Numbered from the stretch's first letter, positions 1 to 13,735 are shown. The stretch is 64,000 nt of DNA from Octopus vulgaris (GCA_951406725.2 OX597834.1:17608001-17672000), one strand, 5' to 3'. A program made the numbers and translations. Notes: generated by a model from the sequence alone, not told the origin.

Positions 1-81
1 AATTTTAACTCAGAACGTAAAGATCCGAAAAAAAAAAAATGATATATAAACACTTGTCATTAGTAGATATTTTTTTCTAAT

Positions 82-290
82 TTTGGTACAAGGCCAGCAA
101 TTTTGAGTGGCGGGGCAGTCGATGTAATCGACCCCAGTGCTCGACTGGTATTATTTTATCGGGCCCGAAAGCATGAAAGGCAAAGTCGAAGACCTCGACG
201 AAATTTTAACTCAGAACGTAAAGATCCAAAAAAGAAAAAGAAAAATGCTGCTAAGCATTTTGTCCAACTCGTTAATGATCTTCCAGCTTG
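82..290 (-). mobile_element. tRNA-derived SINE family A (Meta-domain-like core GCCTTTCATCCTTTCGGGGTCGATAAAATAAGTACCAG), diverged copy
   Basis: Reverse complement matches the many other copies in the window (e.g. 50386-50603, 38361-38597). Positions 1-30 repeat part of the same unit. Confidence 0.75.
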
Positions 291-947
291 AAGTCATTGG
301 TAGATATACAACAGTGATAACGCTAAGTGATTAAAAGTATATTGAATATATTTGTTTACAATAAATTCGATTAATAGGATGAACATTTATTGTGAGCTGC
401 ATGCAGAGTTAATGTGATTCTTAGATAAAATTAATGTAATGTATCTTCGTAAAGAAATAGAACAAAATAAAACGATAAACCATTGAGAACAGTAATAAAC
501 GGACGAAGAAAAATATAGATAGCGCGTGTGTCAATTTGACACACACACACACAAAAAAAAATTACCGTCCCGAAATACAACAACATATTGGTAAAAATTG
601 GAATAAATACGATGATTTAGGAAGGAAACTTATGTAAGTGGTGGGGATATGGAGAGACTACGATATGATGTTTAAAAAAAAAAAGGTGGTGGATTATCTG
701 TTGAAGATAATGAGATTAAGAAGGTTTTGAGATTTTATGATTTATTGTTTTGATAAGGAAACCAGCTCAAAGTTTGCAGTTATGTAAATTTGTTTCAGGA
801 AAGAGACTTCCGAAGGACTTAGAAGTACGTAACTGACACATTTTGTCATTGACTTGGTTAAGCAAGGCAATGTTAATATTTTTCAACCAATATTGCGGGA
901 TACGTTTATGGACAGCAAGAACCATATGTTTCCAGTTTTATTATATA

Positions 948-1585
948 CTAGCAGTATCGCCCGGCGTTGCTCGGGTTTGTAAGGGAAATAACTATATAAG
1001 CATTTTTAGAGAGTTATAGCCAAAAAGTAGCAAAAAAATGCATTAAAAATGGAAAAAAAAATGATGGTAATTTTTTTTTTTAAATCGTTGACTCATCGTA
1101 GACATTTTTAGAGAGTTACTTCCCTTATGTAATAGCGAAAAATGCATTAAAATGGAAAAAAATGATGGTAATTTTTTTTTAAATCGTAGACTCATCGTAG
1201 ACGCTTTCTTAGCCATTTCTGTTTTGGTGTCTTCACGCCATGAAGTCGTTGTTCTAAAAGAACGCTGGTCTCCTTGACAACGCATTACGACGTTGATTTC
1301 CTTACACTCCCTTCCCCACAGGTGCAGGTGTGAGCGTGGACGCCAACTCCGCCGCCATCGACACACGAAAAATTATGCATTAAAATGGAATAAAAAATGA
1401 TGTTAAATTATTTTTAAAATCGTAGACTCATCGTAGACGCGCGCTAATAGCCATACGGGGTCGATATGAATCACGACTATAAGATACCCGAATTTGGTTA
1501 AACTGCACCGCAAAATGTGGGAGTAGTTAGGAATCTAAATCGAAGGGGACAGACACTCACACAACTACAGTTTTATAAATATAGA
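948..1585 (-). mobile_element. Non-autonomous Helitron
   Basis: On the - strand it starts A|TC (1586-1584) and ends CTAG|T (951-947). A GC hairpin CCCGGCGTTGCTCGGG (960-975) lies just inside the 3' end. Three internal ~70-bp subrepeats (~1033, ~1138, ~1371). No TSD. Confidence 0.75.
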
Positions 1586-2998
1586 TTTCCTTACGAAACT
1601 AAGTACTCTTAAGTGTTCGACTCTGCTCTATGTCTAATTTTGTCAATGGTTTCGCCTCCAAGTTTAGAATATTGAATACGCTTCTGGTTTGTTTTCTTGC
1701 AGGAGTTTTTAGTTGGATGGGTTATGTATATGTGGATGTTTTTTTATATATACCAGTTTTTAGTTTGTCTGATTGGACACAGTTGCTCATGGAGTTTTTA
1801 AGATGCCACTTTAGCATACGGACTGCCTGGCTAATTACACTTTAGCATACAGTCTAACCTTAAAATCTCATCCTAACCCGGATCAGGGTCTTTTGATAAA
1901 AAGCTGTCGTGTACAAATAAGAGGGGTCTAACAGGAATGAAAATAAAATTATAAACAAGATTTAAAATTTATACACTTTTAACACATATTAAACATGATA
2001 AACATGAATGAAAGTGAATTTTTTTAAAAAATGCATCCGATTTCACTCAAATCATCATTAATTCTGGAACACCCTGTATTTACCCGTCCGTCTAAACGGG
2101 AGAGGGAACACAGGGGACTAATTGCAGGTGGAAAGCGTAGCTTTCGAAAGTGGTCGCGCGGCCAAACTCAAATGACTGCGAGTTACAACGACAGTTTGTT
2201 CTTTTTGAATGAACATTTTGCATTACATAGTTGAAACATGGATGACATAGAAAACAGACATACTGTCGAGCCATGCTGCGTTGCGCAGAACTGGAAGCAT
2301 GAAGCATCAACAGGCCACTTTTGGAGAATGGATGAATGGGTTTGTTGTGCTTTTACTCTACCGCACACACACGCATATGGCCCAGTGGTGCATGGGATGA
2401 TAACATGAAGCATCAACAGGGCGCTGTCAAAAATTTTAATGTTCTCATTTCCTCTACTAAATTGGACAAAAAGGTTTTCGTAAAATATTATACGCTACTT
2501 ATAATGCATAAGTAATATCAATATTTTATCGTCGGAAAATGGCCTAAAACAAAGATAAAACTCAGTGCAGTATACTCAAATCTGATTAATCTGAATTTTT
2601 GTGGGGCCCATAGCCGGTGTTAGAAATATTTTTGTAGTCGACAGCAATTCGAGGAGCCTCATTAACGTTTGCTGCAAATTTCAAGGAAAGCGACTGGATA
2701 TTATTCAAGTTACGGGCTTTAACGCTGCGAAAATGCTTTAAAATGCGGTTTATCTACTCCTGGGCTCGCATTAGTTAAGAAGTTGGACATTTTTGGGGGC
2801 CCTATGTAATGCATGTGTAAAATTTCATTAAAATCGGTTGGGTGGATCTCGAGCTTTAACGACATGACAAACACAGACAGACGCACATCTGTTACTTTGA
2901 TTTTATTCACCTTCGAGCTGTGCGGATAACACTGGACTGACATGATGCTTTAACTTAAGTACCTAGTTCAGCTGAATCTCATATATATATATATATAT

Positions 2999-4860
2999 CA
3001 ATGTATCATATCCGAAAAAGAAGCTTACTCTAAAGCATAGGGCAGTAATGTATTAAAAATAATAAAGTTTATGTCCGGTTACATAGTGACCAATGGTTTT
3101 GCATCCACAAAGGGCTTAGCCTCACAGGCGTCTCATCAAACTCTAAAGCTGAAAACATGTAATTCTTCACCTCTGGAAGGCAGGAATCCGTTACGGTCAC
3201 TTGGTCACCAAAGAATAAATAGTCCGGGACCAGTGTGGACGGGTTATCTCCCTTAGACCAGTTTTTGTGGGCCAAAAGAGGTGTAACAAGGGATTTATCT
3301 CTTGGGCTGCTTATGGATCGTAAGGACCCTTCCAGTCTTAATCGCAGAACGGGAAATCCCATACTTGCAGCGAGTAACGTTTGAAATGGATGTAAGAGTT
3401 TTAAATTTCCTGGCGAGTGATCAGTGATCCCGGTTTCAGGGAGTCTTGAGTATCTTTGCTCATTCGGCTATGCAAAGCTTGCAGCGTTTGCTCCCGTTAA
3501 TGTAGTGTTCCGGCCGCTCTAAGGTCCTCCATTTGATATCATATGGGGTCCCTTCATCTTTCGAGGCATTACACGTGACTGGCCAGGTGTGATGAATCGT
3601 CTTTCTGGAATCTTGAAAGAGGACCTGTAGTTGTGCAGGTGTCACTTGAAGGCCGTCCCGGCTGACTCGATGTATTTCCAGGCTTGGGTGTTGGTTGCGC
3701 TCACATTACTGGCGCATCTTCGGTTGGCTCCGGGCCTGGAGATGTTGTTGCCATCGGTGTTGCTGGGGCTATCATCGATGCTGGTATCATTGCGAAGCGT
3801 GGGTCCGGCGATATCGCTGTGGCTGTTGTCCCACATATATTTAACTTATATGCTTCTTGTATTTTCCGGTCGCTGCAGTAGTGTGGTGGAGTAAATACAC
3901 TCTCAAATCGCCAGGTGTTAAAACCCCTCAGTCATGGACAGGCGAGGTAATTCATCCTCAATCCCATTTGGGAGTGATGGACACCGATGTCCTCCACCTC
4001 CAAATAATCAAGTTGTCTTTTCTTTAAGTCTATTAAGCCTTTAAGCCTAAGGGTATTCTTGATTCTTGAGATTATCTCCCTGCTTATTCGGAGTTGGTCC
4101 CTATTGAACTGAAGCGATTGATTTGTCTTCTGTTGAAGCAGAGATAATTTCAATAAATTAAACATTTATTTTATAGTATTTAATACACGCTTATTTATCT
4201 TTATTGTTACAATACATGCCACAAGCCAATTTGAGTTATTTCTCTTAGCTTATTTTCGTTTCCTATATGGCTGCGTGATTTAGTGTGAGGGCCATTGTAT
4301 ACTTTCGGCGTGTGCCTTCTACCGTAACCAAGTGCAGTACATATTTGAAGGGTTGTTTATTGTATAACTTAAGTGCATTCTTATGTTATGATGGGGCTTT
4401 CATCTTCACTGGATCATTTATATTTGCTCTCTCTCTATCTATATACCTATCTATTCTAGTCTGTCTATCAGAGACAGCGCGACTATGTACAAACGCTGTA
4501 AAACGATAAAAGCATACTCACTAAATTCAATACGGGTTAGCTTACTAGCCCAGGCTCTGCTGCTCGTCAGGTTGAGAAAAGCAAACTGTCAAGGTATCGG
4601 TCGCTCTCCGACAGGTTCATGGTGGAGACTGTAGTAGTTGAGATCTCCGGGGTTCTTGGCCTCCAGACCATATCATTGCTATCGGGGCAGAGATTGTCGC
4701 CCGCAAGTGCGATCTTCGTGAGTCAGAGTGGCTGTCCCAGCACATCTCCCTCGATATTCTCCGGGGTAACATCTTTTCCATTTTGTCTGCTGGTGCCATG
4801 AGATATATTTCCATATTGTGAGATGTAAGATTCTTCGTTAAATTGGAGGAACAAATCCGT
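2999..4860 (-). mobile_element. Penelope-like retroelement remnant(s) with GIY-YIG endonuclease C-terminus, no recognisable RT
   Basis: Minus-strand WKYIESAGTAFK (3642-3680) and KDEGTPYDIKWRTLERPEHYINGSKRCKLCIAE (3460-3560) resemble the PLE GIY-YIG motif YIG.T..FK.R...IKW.IL....Y.NG.KRC.LCL.EK. Abuts (TA)n at 2981-2998 and carries decayed hammerhead-like motifs. Confidence 0.7.
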
Positions 4861-5275
4861 ATTTACTTCAGCGAATACGTATTTGTCGTTACACATCGTC
4901 TGTGCAGTCGAGCTATCTCAGACCCTACCTTGGTTTGTGTCTGTCAGTCTGTCTGTCTCAAATTCAGTTGACCCTGATATCCACTTTAACTTCCTGTAGT
5001 ATATGGACCCAGTAATTCCAATTTAACTCCCTGTAGTATATAAATCCAGTAATCCAGTTCTTTTTTCTACAAAATTAAAGTCTTGTATAGTCCCAGCATC
5101 CGTAGCTGGTCGTCCTTATCACTTACTGGAATACATTAAACCTGAGAGTTTTCACTAATGGGACCAACAATTCAAAGACATAGCTATTACGTCATTATAA
5201 ATTATCTGATCTGTTTGAGTGGGTCCACACGTGCTTCTCTAACAATTACTTTCAATAATAATTATGATGGCCACG

Positions 5276-5277
<2 letters not shown>

Positions 5278-5345
<68 letters not shown>

Positions 5346-5372
5346 TAATAATAATAATAATAATAATAATAT
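5278..5372. repeat. (AAT)n microsatellite
   Basis: Direct AAT/GAT triplet run. It produces the poly-N ORF 5158-5454. Confidence 0.95.
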
Positions 5373-5763
5373 ATTTATGAATGCTAAAAAGAGGCGGAGA
5401 AGAAACAAGAAAAAAATAGTGGAAAAGTACGGAAAGGTATTGTTGATGCTTTGATTTATTGATCTACAGCTTTGTTAGTTTGATGTCTTTTGACGTCATC
5501 AGAGTTAGACGAAGCAAGCAGCACCGACAGCAACAAAAGCAGTAAATAATAAGGATGGCAACAAAGATAATATTTAGAATGATAACATTAAAAACAAAAT
5601 AACACTCACTCACACACAAAAAGAAAAAAAAAAAGATCTGAAAGAAGAAAAAAACAAAAACAAGCAAATAATATTTCGTAGTTAGAGATGTTATTTTAAG
5701 TTCCGTAAGTGATAAATGGAAGGTTGTGAAACCCATGACTTTCCCAAGAACATGAACGCAGTA

Positions 5764-6147
5764 TATGGAAGCACTCCGTCGGTTACGACGATGAGGGTTC
5801 CGGTTGATCCGAATCAACGGAACAGCCTGCTCGTGAAATTAACGTGTAAGTGGCTGAGCACTCCACAGACACGTGTACCCATAACGTAGTTCTCGGGGAT
5901 ATTCAGCGTGACACAGAGAGTGACAAGGCCGGCCCTTTGAAATACAGGTACAACAGAAACAGGAAGTAAGAGTGAGAGAAAGTTGTGGTGAAAGAGTACA
6001 GTAGGGATCACCACCATCCCCTGCCGGAGCCTCGTGGAGCTTTAGGTGTTTTCGCTCAATAAACACTCACAACGCCCGGTCTGGGAATCGAAACCGTGAT
6101 CCTACGACCGCGAGTCCGCTGCCCTAACCACTGGGCCATTGCGCCTC
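5764..6147 (-). mobile_element. tRNA-derived SINE family C, full length
   Basis: Minus-strand head GGCGCAATGGCCCAGTGGTTAGGGC...GGTTTCGATTCCC has A and B boxes. Imperfect TSD CATGAACGCAGTA (5751-5763) / CATGAACTCAATA (6148-6160). Second copy at 48571-48880. Confidence 0.85.
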
Positions 6148-7934
6148 CATGAACTCAATAACTGAAGCAATTAAAAACGACATATCGAAATTATGTTGCA
6201 GATTTTGTTTATCGTGCAAGCTAGCGACGTCGATATTTTTTTCTATTTTTCATTTTACAATAATAATTTTGCCCATTATATATCAACGTGGGACAGAAAG
6301 TGATAACCTTCCTTTCTACTACCAATAAAAGCATTAGCATCTTTGAGTGAAAGTCGCAACTGACCGACTCCTTAGGATGTAGGCTTGCTAACCGAATGGT
6401 TGTGTGTTCATATCTCACATCAGTACTATGATGTATTCCTTCGTAAAGCATGTTATGTTTTTAATAGCGTCATGCTGCTCGATGTAAATCCGAGATTCTG
6501 GCTTGATACTGTTCCTCATCGAAGGAACCACAGCGAATATTTCGCAAACTTGCAGTGCTAAGTTCCAATTTCATCATAGGCAAAGCCTGTGATTCACCTA
6601 CAATGCTTTGCTTTTAGGCCCTGATATGAACTTTCAGCACTTGGGGTTGCAGGACGTTTTTCACTCAGGATGGGTAAAAAATTGTGTGGACAATACGAGT
6701 ATTTGTTAGAATATGCATGAATAGCAATCATAGCTACTTACGTATGCTATCCGACTGAAGATATCGTTCCAAATGTTGGGTGGATGGGTGTTAAAGTGGG
6801 TAACTCTAAGTGGGTAGTACCATAAAATAGAAAAATTCAATGAATTTCTTACTGTGATACAAGATCTCTGATTTATAATGGAGGGAACATGTTATTTTAT
6901 AGTACATAGTGGCATAAAATTTCGATGCTTATTTTTTAAAATTGGGCCAGAGATCGTATGCTGTTTAAGACAGCAACTCCGCAAACATGTTGGTCAATGC
7001 TGACTTCTGCAAGGCTGAGATTTGATAGTTGATGGGGCTTCCGGTTTAAGTTTTAAGCGTTAATTAGCTACTTTCATTTATTTGAATAAATAAAATAAAT
7101 ACAAGCCAAAAAGGTCGAAATTTATTCTGGAGAGGAGTAGCCCTTCACATCTGCAACCACGTAGAATGAGACAAAGTGGAATGTTCTTGTGTGTCTTCAA
7201 ATAATTTTAACGTTTTACAGGTTTCACAAATTCTTCCGGTATCTCAATTCCTCTATTTTCTATTAAATGACATCAAATTGTTTTTGTGTTCTTGAAGCTA
7301 TTTTTTTAACCTGTGAAATAAACATGATCTCTGCCACTAATCTGCTTAGATCCAGTTAAATAAAGCCACTTACGGACAAAAAAAAAAAATGTAGTGATTT
7401 ATGTTCGACCATAAATCTTAGTATTAAATCTGATTGTTGAACGGCCATAGGTCTATCAAATATTATCTGTTCTAATAAGAGTGTGTGTGTGTGGAGAGAG
7501 AGAGTATGAGAGGGGGAGAAGGAGAGAAGATGTCAGGAGAAGAGGCAGAGAAACGAAGTGAAGTAAGATAGACAATGTAGAAACGAGAAAGAGGCAAAAT
7601 AGCTAGATGGAGAGGATTGAAGTAAGCGAATAATATTTAAGTATTAAGAGCTATAGATGTCAGATATAAACATATTTGTCGACCAGGTGATAAAAAAGTG
7701 GGCGTTAACAAAATTAGATTAGACAGGTGTTATTTAATAATTTTTTTTTCAAGTCCATCCAAAGTAATACTTTCTGTTCACTTTGTTGACTTGCAAATAC
7801 AACTAACACATTATGCAAAAAACAAAGTCATCACTTTTCAACAGATTTTTTTTTTACTCTTATTCTCACATTACCTCCCTTTACAGTTTCACTGGACAAC
7901 GGATCATAAGATTTAGAATTCTGTCTCCTTAGGT

Positions 7935-8112
7935 CAGGCCTGTCATCAGGCTTTGGTGCCTGGGGGTGTTTCAGAATGATCTGGGTGGGTACTAACTTGT
8001 AATTGTGCTAAAGTGGAGTTTCGAAATATGTGTATCACTATAAATCTGAGGGTGAACCATTGAATAGTGAGGGGACAGTGCTTCCCAGTGCACCTCCTTA
8101 GTGATGGGCATG
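7935..8112 (+). mobile_element. ~175-bp hAT-like MITE (copy 1 of 3)
   Basis: Ends CAGGCCTGTC...GATGGGCATG. Imperfect 8-bp TSD CCTTAGGT/CTTTGGGT. Homologous to 23442-23617 and 41748-41919. Confidence 0.7.
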
Positions 8113-9255
8113 CTTTGGGTGTCTTCCTATTACCGATTGCAAGTGAATTTCCAATTAGAAATTGATATGTTTTTGATTTTGCTTTCAATCATTCAATTAG
8201 TGCATAAGTTCTCTGTTCTTTTCTCATCTCCATCACCAATTATGACAAACACCACCGAAAAACTGTACTTCTCCATATCCGAGCAGAAAGAGATCTGATT
8301 CTAGAAAGAAGACCTAGTGTTGGTGGTTTGAAAAACCAAGACCCTAATCTCTCGCAAGCTACCGAAACAAGCAATCCGCCCAGGAAATTAAAAATAAATT
8401 CGTCTCGCTGCTCTCTAAAGTGGTTCGTTCTCATTGATCCCATTACTTGACTGCTCAGTTATTTATTTGTTAAAACCTACCCGACTGGTTTCGCTAGGTT
8501 GCTTTGCTAGATAGTGTAACTTCTCTCATCTCTGGTACTCTATGAAGGCGCGTTGCCTAGTAAGGGCTTTGCACTCACGATTGTAAAACCGTGGTTTCAG
8601 TTCCTGCACCAAGCATTTAATTTCACATTGCTCCAGTCTGCTTAGCTGTAAATGCGTTCCAGCAATAGCTGGGGAACTAACCCTGTGCCAGACCCGCGTC
8701 TCGTCCAAGGGCGAGTGTTATTACAGTTATACGCCATGGAATCCAAGTTTAATTCTGGCCTTATGAGCGCGATTGCTCATGACAGCCGTAAGTACTGGTT
8801 GGAGTACCAGGTGGTACGTAGTTAGTTCTGATGCTCAACGCGAACGAGATTAGAAATCACTCCATCGTATGTTTTTCTTTTTCGTTGTAGACATCCGCTG
8901 AGTTTTCCTATTTCTCTCCCCATTCTTAAACATCTAAGTAAGCCGTATTCTTTATACCTAAAGTAACTTAATGTACTCATTTCTTATTTGAAAATAATAA
9001 TTTTGAATTAACTATTATAAATTCACCCTGGCCCTTCCGGCAGATCGTTTCCGGAGCAAACGAGTTCATACTTCTATTTTCTCGATTGATTATGAAATAA
9101 TTATGTACGAAGTCTAGGACACTGCACAATAAATAAGTTTGACACAACCTCCAATATCCTGACAATCTGATTTTAATCCACTCAGTTTTTGCTTTTTCTT
9201 GCGACTTGGTATCTAGTCTCTCTGGTTTGTATTTCCGCTTTGAGTTTTCCAATTA

Positions 9256-11541
9256 CAGTAGAACCTCGCTGTACGAGTGCACCATTGTACAAGTAATTTG
9301 TTGCACAAGCCGAAGATCGTGCGAATTTTTTTCTTGAAGTACGAGTGGAAATCCGCAGTAAGAGCGAGTTTCTTATACAAATGACCGCTAGTCAGGGCTG
9401 AGCTCGGACACGCTCTCCCAACAAGCGCAACCTCCGCTCGCTCAATTCACGTGTTTATCTCGCTGTGGCAGCATCCCTGTTATGTTTTCCTCAGTTTTTG
9501 TTGTTTTCAGTTTTGTGCGTTTTTTTGCTGTTATTTTATAATTAATTGTGTAAGCCATAATTAATTGTGTTAGCCTAAGAAGGTTACTGCAAAAGAAAAT
9601 GCTGAAAAGAAAAAGCTGACTACGATAGAATTGAAGGAGATCATTGATAAACATGAGAGAGGAGTGCGTGTAATGGACATAGCACATCAATACGACCGAA
9701 GCACGCAGACGATCTGCACCATCCTGAAGAAAAGGACGAGATCAAGGCCATTACAACAGCAAAGAACCATTACAACGCACATTTGTCCACGAAAGAATGG
9801 AAAAATTGCTTCTCTTGTGGATCAACGAGAAGCAACTCCCAGGGGATACGATTACGGAGACCATCGTCAGCGAGAAAACACGAGAGCTGTATGAGGATCT
9901 CCTGAAGCAGAACTCTGAAAAATCGACGGAGGAGACATTAGCAGACGCATTTAAGACCAGTCGCACCTGGTTCGATAATTTGAAGAAGAGGACTGGCGTT
10001 CATAGCGTCGACAGGTATGGAGAAGCAGCGAGTTCTGACACGAGGGCAGCTGAGGATTTCTTGCGTGAATTCCGTCAGCTCATCGTAGCCGAGGGGTACA
10101 TGGCATAACAAGTATTCAACTGTGATGAAACTGGCCTCTTAGGAAAAAAATGCCCAGAGGAACCTACGTAATTGCAGAGGAGAAGAAAATGCTAAGCCAC
10201 AAGCTTATAAAAGGTAGGCTAACTCTTGCTCTTTGTACAACTGCGAGTGGAGACTTAAAGATTAAGCCGCTCCTTGTCTACCATCCCCAAAACCCACGAG
10301 CGTTCAAGTCGCACAAAATCCGGAAGGAGAAGCTGCAAGTCCTGTAGAAGGCAAACGTAATAGCCTGGGTCACCAAGCAATTCTTCATCGAGGGGGTCAA
10401 ACTTATCTTCAGACCAGCAGTGAAAAAGTACCTTCTGGAGAAGGATATTCCTCTCAGGGCTCTCCTCATCCTAGATAATGCTCCTGCTCACTCTCCTAAC
10501 TATGAAGCTGATATCCTGGACGAATTTAAATTCATAAAAGTTCTATGCCTTTCACGCAACACTACCCCTATCTTGCAGTCTATGGACCAGCAAGTGATTG
10601 CTAATTTTAAGAAATTGTACCCCAAATACCTGTTTCGTCAGTGCTTTGAAATGAACGAAAATACAAATCTATTTGTAATTCGTGACTTTTGGAAGGTGCA
10701 CTACAACATGTAAACTGCCTGAAAATCATTGATATAACCTGGCAGGATGTAACGAGGAGAACGGTGAATTCTGCATGGAGGAAACTGTGGCCTGACTGCG
10801 TATCTGAAAGAGAGTTCGAGGGGTTTGAGTCTGATTACGACAGATGAACTCCTGCAGCTTCAGGAGTTGCAGTATTTGGATGCGGTGGACGAGATTGGTT
10901 CCGGAGGAGGGCAGTGTAGCAGAGAAGGCTATCTCTACGAGGCAGTTTTGGACAAAGTAGCAGTATGTTTCTGAATTTGTAGAAAAATATCATCCTGAAA
11001 AAATATTTACAGGTCGTGCAACTGCTTTGTTTAATGACACTGCTCTGGCGCATTTTCGTAACATTTTGAAAGGCAGGAAAAAGCAGACTTCTCTTGATAC
11101 GTTTCTAATGAAACGACCTGCAAGTGTAAAAAGTGAAGAAAGTGTCCAAAATGATTAAATTAAGCGAAGTGAGAGAGAAAACGCCAGAAATTGTTCTTCC
11201 TGAAGTCGTAATGGAAGGAGATTCTCCTTCCAAACAATAATCCCCCTCCTCCCCGCTCCATCGTCTTCCTCGCGCACAAATCGTCCCATCTTTAAGGTAA
11301 TTAAATTTATTAAACTACTTTACATATTTATTTTGCATTCTCTCTTATTATGATTTTACAATTGTCATTTTCCTATTAACTGCTCCTTTTCTGTTTTAAA
11401 GCCCATAAAAAAGGATTTTTGGGTGGCTTTGTGGGGCTGGAACGGATTAATTATATTTTAATTAATTTCAATGGGGAAAATTGATTTGTAAAACGAACTT
11501 GGTGATGGAACGAATTAACCTCGTACTGCGAGGTATCACTG
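9256..11541 (+). mobile_element. Near full-length Tigger/pogo DNA transposon with disrupted transposase
   Basis: TIRs CAGTAGAACCTCGCTGTACGAG / CTCGTACTGCGAGGTATCACTG with TA TSDs (9254-55, 11542-43). CENP-B HTH (MEKLLLLWINEKQLPGD), FNCDETGL, LLILDNAPAH and LQSMDQQVIANFK motifs, broken by stops and frameshifts. Confidence 0.95.
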
Positions 11542-11906
11542 TATTAAGAATAACTCAGTGATAAGTGATTAGATGTTGGTTAGATGAGACACAGGCTCCT
11601 TGTTCGTAAGTAAAAGTATAATTTCGGTATATAAATAATTACTGTGTGGAATCTAAAGGGATGAAAAGCAAACTCAATTTCTATTGGATTTGAAAAGAGA
11701 AACATAAGACATTGAACTAGAAATCATAAACCATCGTCTGCAACTGAACATCACCGTTTATGATTAATTTCTTACTCTTGCATAAAGTTTTAGATATACA
11801 GAGGAAGGAAAATGTGATGGAGAGATATTCATATATGTTTTCGAGTGTATTAGCAACTTATGAATAATAATGATAATAATAATAATAATAATAATCATTT
11901 CCTACT

Positions 11907-12223
11907 ATAGGCACAAGGCCTGGAATTTGGTGGGGAGTGGGCAGTCGATTAGATCGACTCCAGTACACAAGACAAACTGTGATAAGGCGGGCTGAAATAA
12001 TAGTTTCAAATTTTGATACAAAGTCAGTAGTCTTTTGGGGGATGGCATAAGTCGATTACATCGACCCAAGTGTTTAACTGGTACTTGTTTCATCGTCCCC
12101 AGAAGTATGAAAGGCAAAGTTGACTTCGGCGGAATTTGAACTCAGACCGTGAAAATGGACGAAATGACGCTTAGTATTTTGCCCGATGTGCTAACGATTC
12201 TGGCAGCTCGCTGCCTTAAGGCG
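11907..12223 (-). mobile_element. SINE family A (partial plus full copy)
   Basis: GAAAGGCAAAGTTGACTTCGGCGGAATTTGAACTCAG...GCTAACGATTCTGGCAGCTCGCTGCC. Confidence 0.8.
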
Positions 12224-12389
12224 GGTTGAAATAATAGCATATAAATTATGTTCCTCGCTTGAAATATGTACTTGTTTTTTGCTTCAGCTTGAATCACATG
12301 ATACATGTGACAAGCTACTGCTAAGCATATTTTCAGGAGTTTTCTTTTTTTTCTTTCTGATTTTAATATAAAAAAACCCAACTCCTCAG

Positions 12390-13530
12390 TAATATTCCCG
12401 CGAAAGAAAAAGCAGTAAAGAAAGAAGTGCTTTTAGAAGCTTTTGTAACATGGGAAAAATCACCAAAATAATTCGTATCTGTTACACCAGATAGTGCACT
12501 AGTTAAGGTTGGCGTCAAAATAGCTTTATTGCATATTGTAGAAAAGATTAAGAATTTCCGAATGTTATTGCTTATCATTGCTTAATAATACACTAACAAG
12601 CGACAAGGGGAAATGTTGAACTTTGAAGTTATGATTGTAACCGTAAAGAAATATAGACTCTATCAAAGCCAAAACACATCAAAGATTATTTATGTCTTTT
12701 GGAAGAAATTGATGCACATGGTAGAAATTCACTTCTTCACAACGAACTTAGATGACTGAGTAAAAGATCAGTTTTTGTTAGATTCAGGCAATTGTTACCA
12801 GATATCAAAGATTTTCTTAATGACTGAAAGATAAAAATACAACCGTTCCGAAAGACAAAAGAATGGCTTTGAAAATTAGCATTTTCATCGATATTGCATT
12901 ACAAAGTGAAAATAAAAATATAACAAGCGTGATCTCTTTCACTAATTCTTTCATAATGAAATTAGCTTTGTTTATAACTCAGTTTTGCAGAAATGATCTT
13001 ACACGTTCTTTTTAAAATACTAAAGGTAAGTTTGATGAGATGAATTTAACTTCAAACGCAAACCATAATAATTAGGAAGAGTTTGCAATGGTTATTATTT
13101 TAAGAGATTTTAACAAATTTAAGGAGGTGTCTGAAATATGCAGTTTTTTTTAACATAGCTTTCAGTTAGGACAAATAACCTGGAATATATATGCAAAGAA
13201 CTTAGCTATTTAATATTTAACTGTTAGTAATTATAAGCGTAGGTTATTGATTTACGGAGAAGCATTGATGTCATATCGCACAAAAATTCTGAGCTTTAAA
13301 GATAATTGACTTCTAATAAATATTCACAATTCAAAGATGCTTGCATGCAAGTTTGTTTTGGGAGTATTTATTTGTGTGAAGCATCTTTTTTCTCACATGA
13401 ATCATATTAAATCTAAATATCGAACAAAAATAACTAACGAGCATCTCGATGACTACTAAGTAATTATGTAGCTGATTACGTCAAAGTTTTACATTGATTT
13501 CGATAAAACAAAGACACTATTCTAAAAACG
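12390..13530 (+). mobile_element. hAT (Charlie/SPIN/GTF2IRD2-like) transposase remnant
   Basis: FVSVTPDSA (cf. VSVTTDGA) near 12470, and C-terminal dimerisation motif FGSIYLCEASF/SHMNHIKSKYRTKITNEHL at ~13357-13450. Many stops. Confidence 0.7.
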
Positions 13531-13584
13531 TTTTTATTATATTCTCTCATTCATTAATTTAAAAATACACTTTTTGTATCACTC

Positions 13585-13594
13585 ATATATATAT

Positions 13595-13636
<42 letters not shown>
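13585..13636. repeat. (TA)n microsatellite
   Basis: Direct read. Confidence 0.95.
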
Positions 13637-13641
<5 letters not shown>

Positions 13642-13735
13642 GAGTCGTCTAAGAGTCCACAATTCAGGAAAAGATGCACTCATATATCTGTCAATAGAGT
13701 GGGTGTATTATCCGAAATGTACAGTATTATATATC

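Noticed and set aside
2083-2960. DNA-transposon-like segment (AAATTTCATTAAAATCGG motifs, repeated CATGAAGCATCAACAGG)
   Set aside because: Probably a repeat (Helentron/Kolobok-like), but termini and TSD could not be defined, so it is not called.
4290-4328. GAAGGC-acac-GCC-GAAA on the - strand resembling a hammerhead stem II
   Set aside because: No CUGA core upstream, so it is too degenerate.
6070-6148. tRNA-like A/B-box sequence (also 48800-48880, 51190-51260)
   Set aside because: It is a SINE head joined to a SINE body with TSDs. There is no complete cloverleaf or acceptor stem, so it is not a tRNA gene.
8470-8535. Hammerhead-like half motif GAAACCAGTCGGGTA on the - strand
   Set aside because: The CUGANGA core is missing (GAGAUGAG) and stems I and II cannot be formed convincingly.
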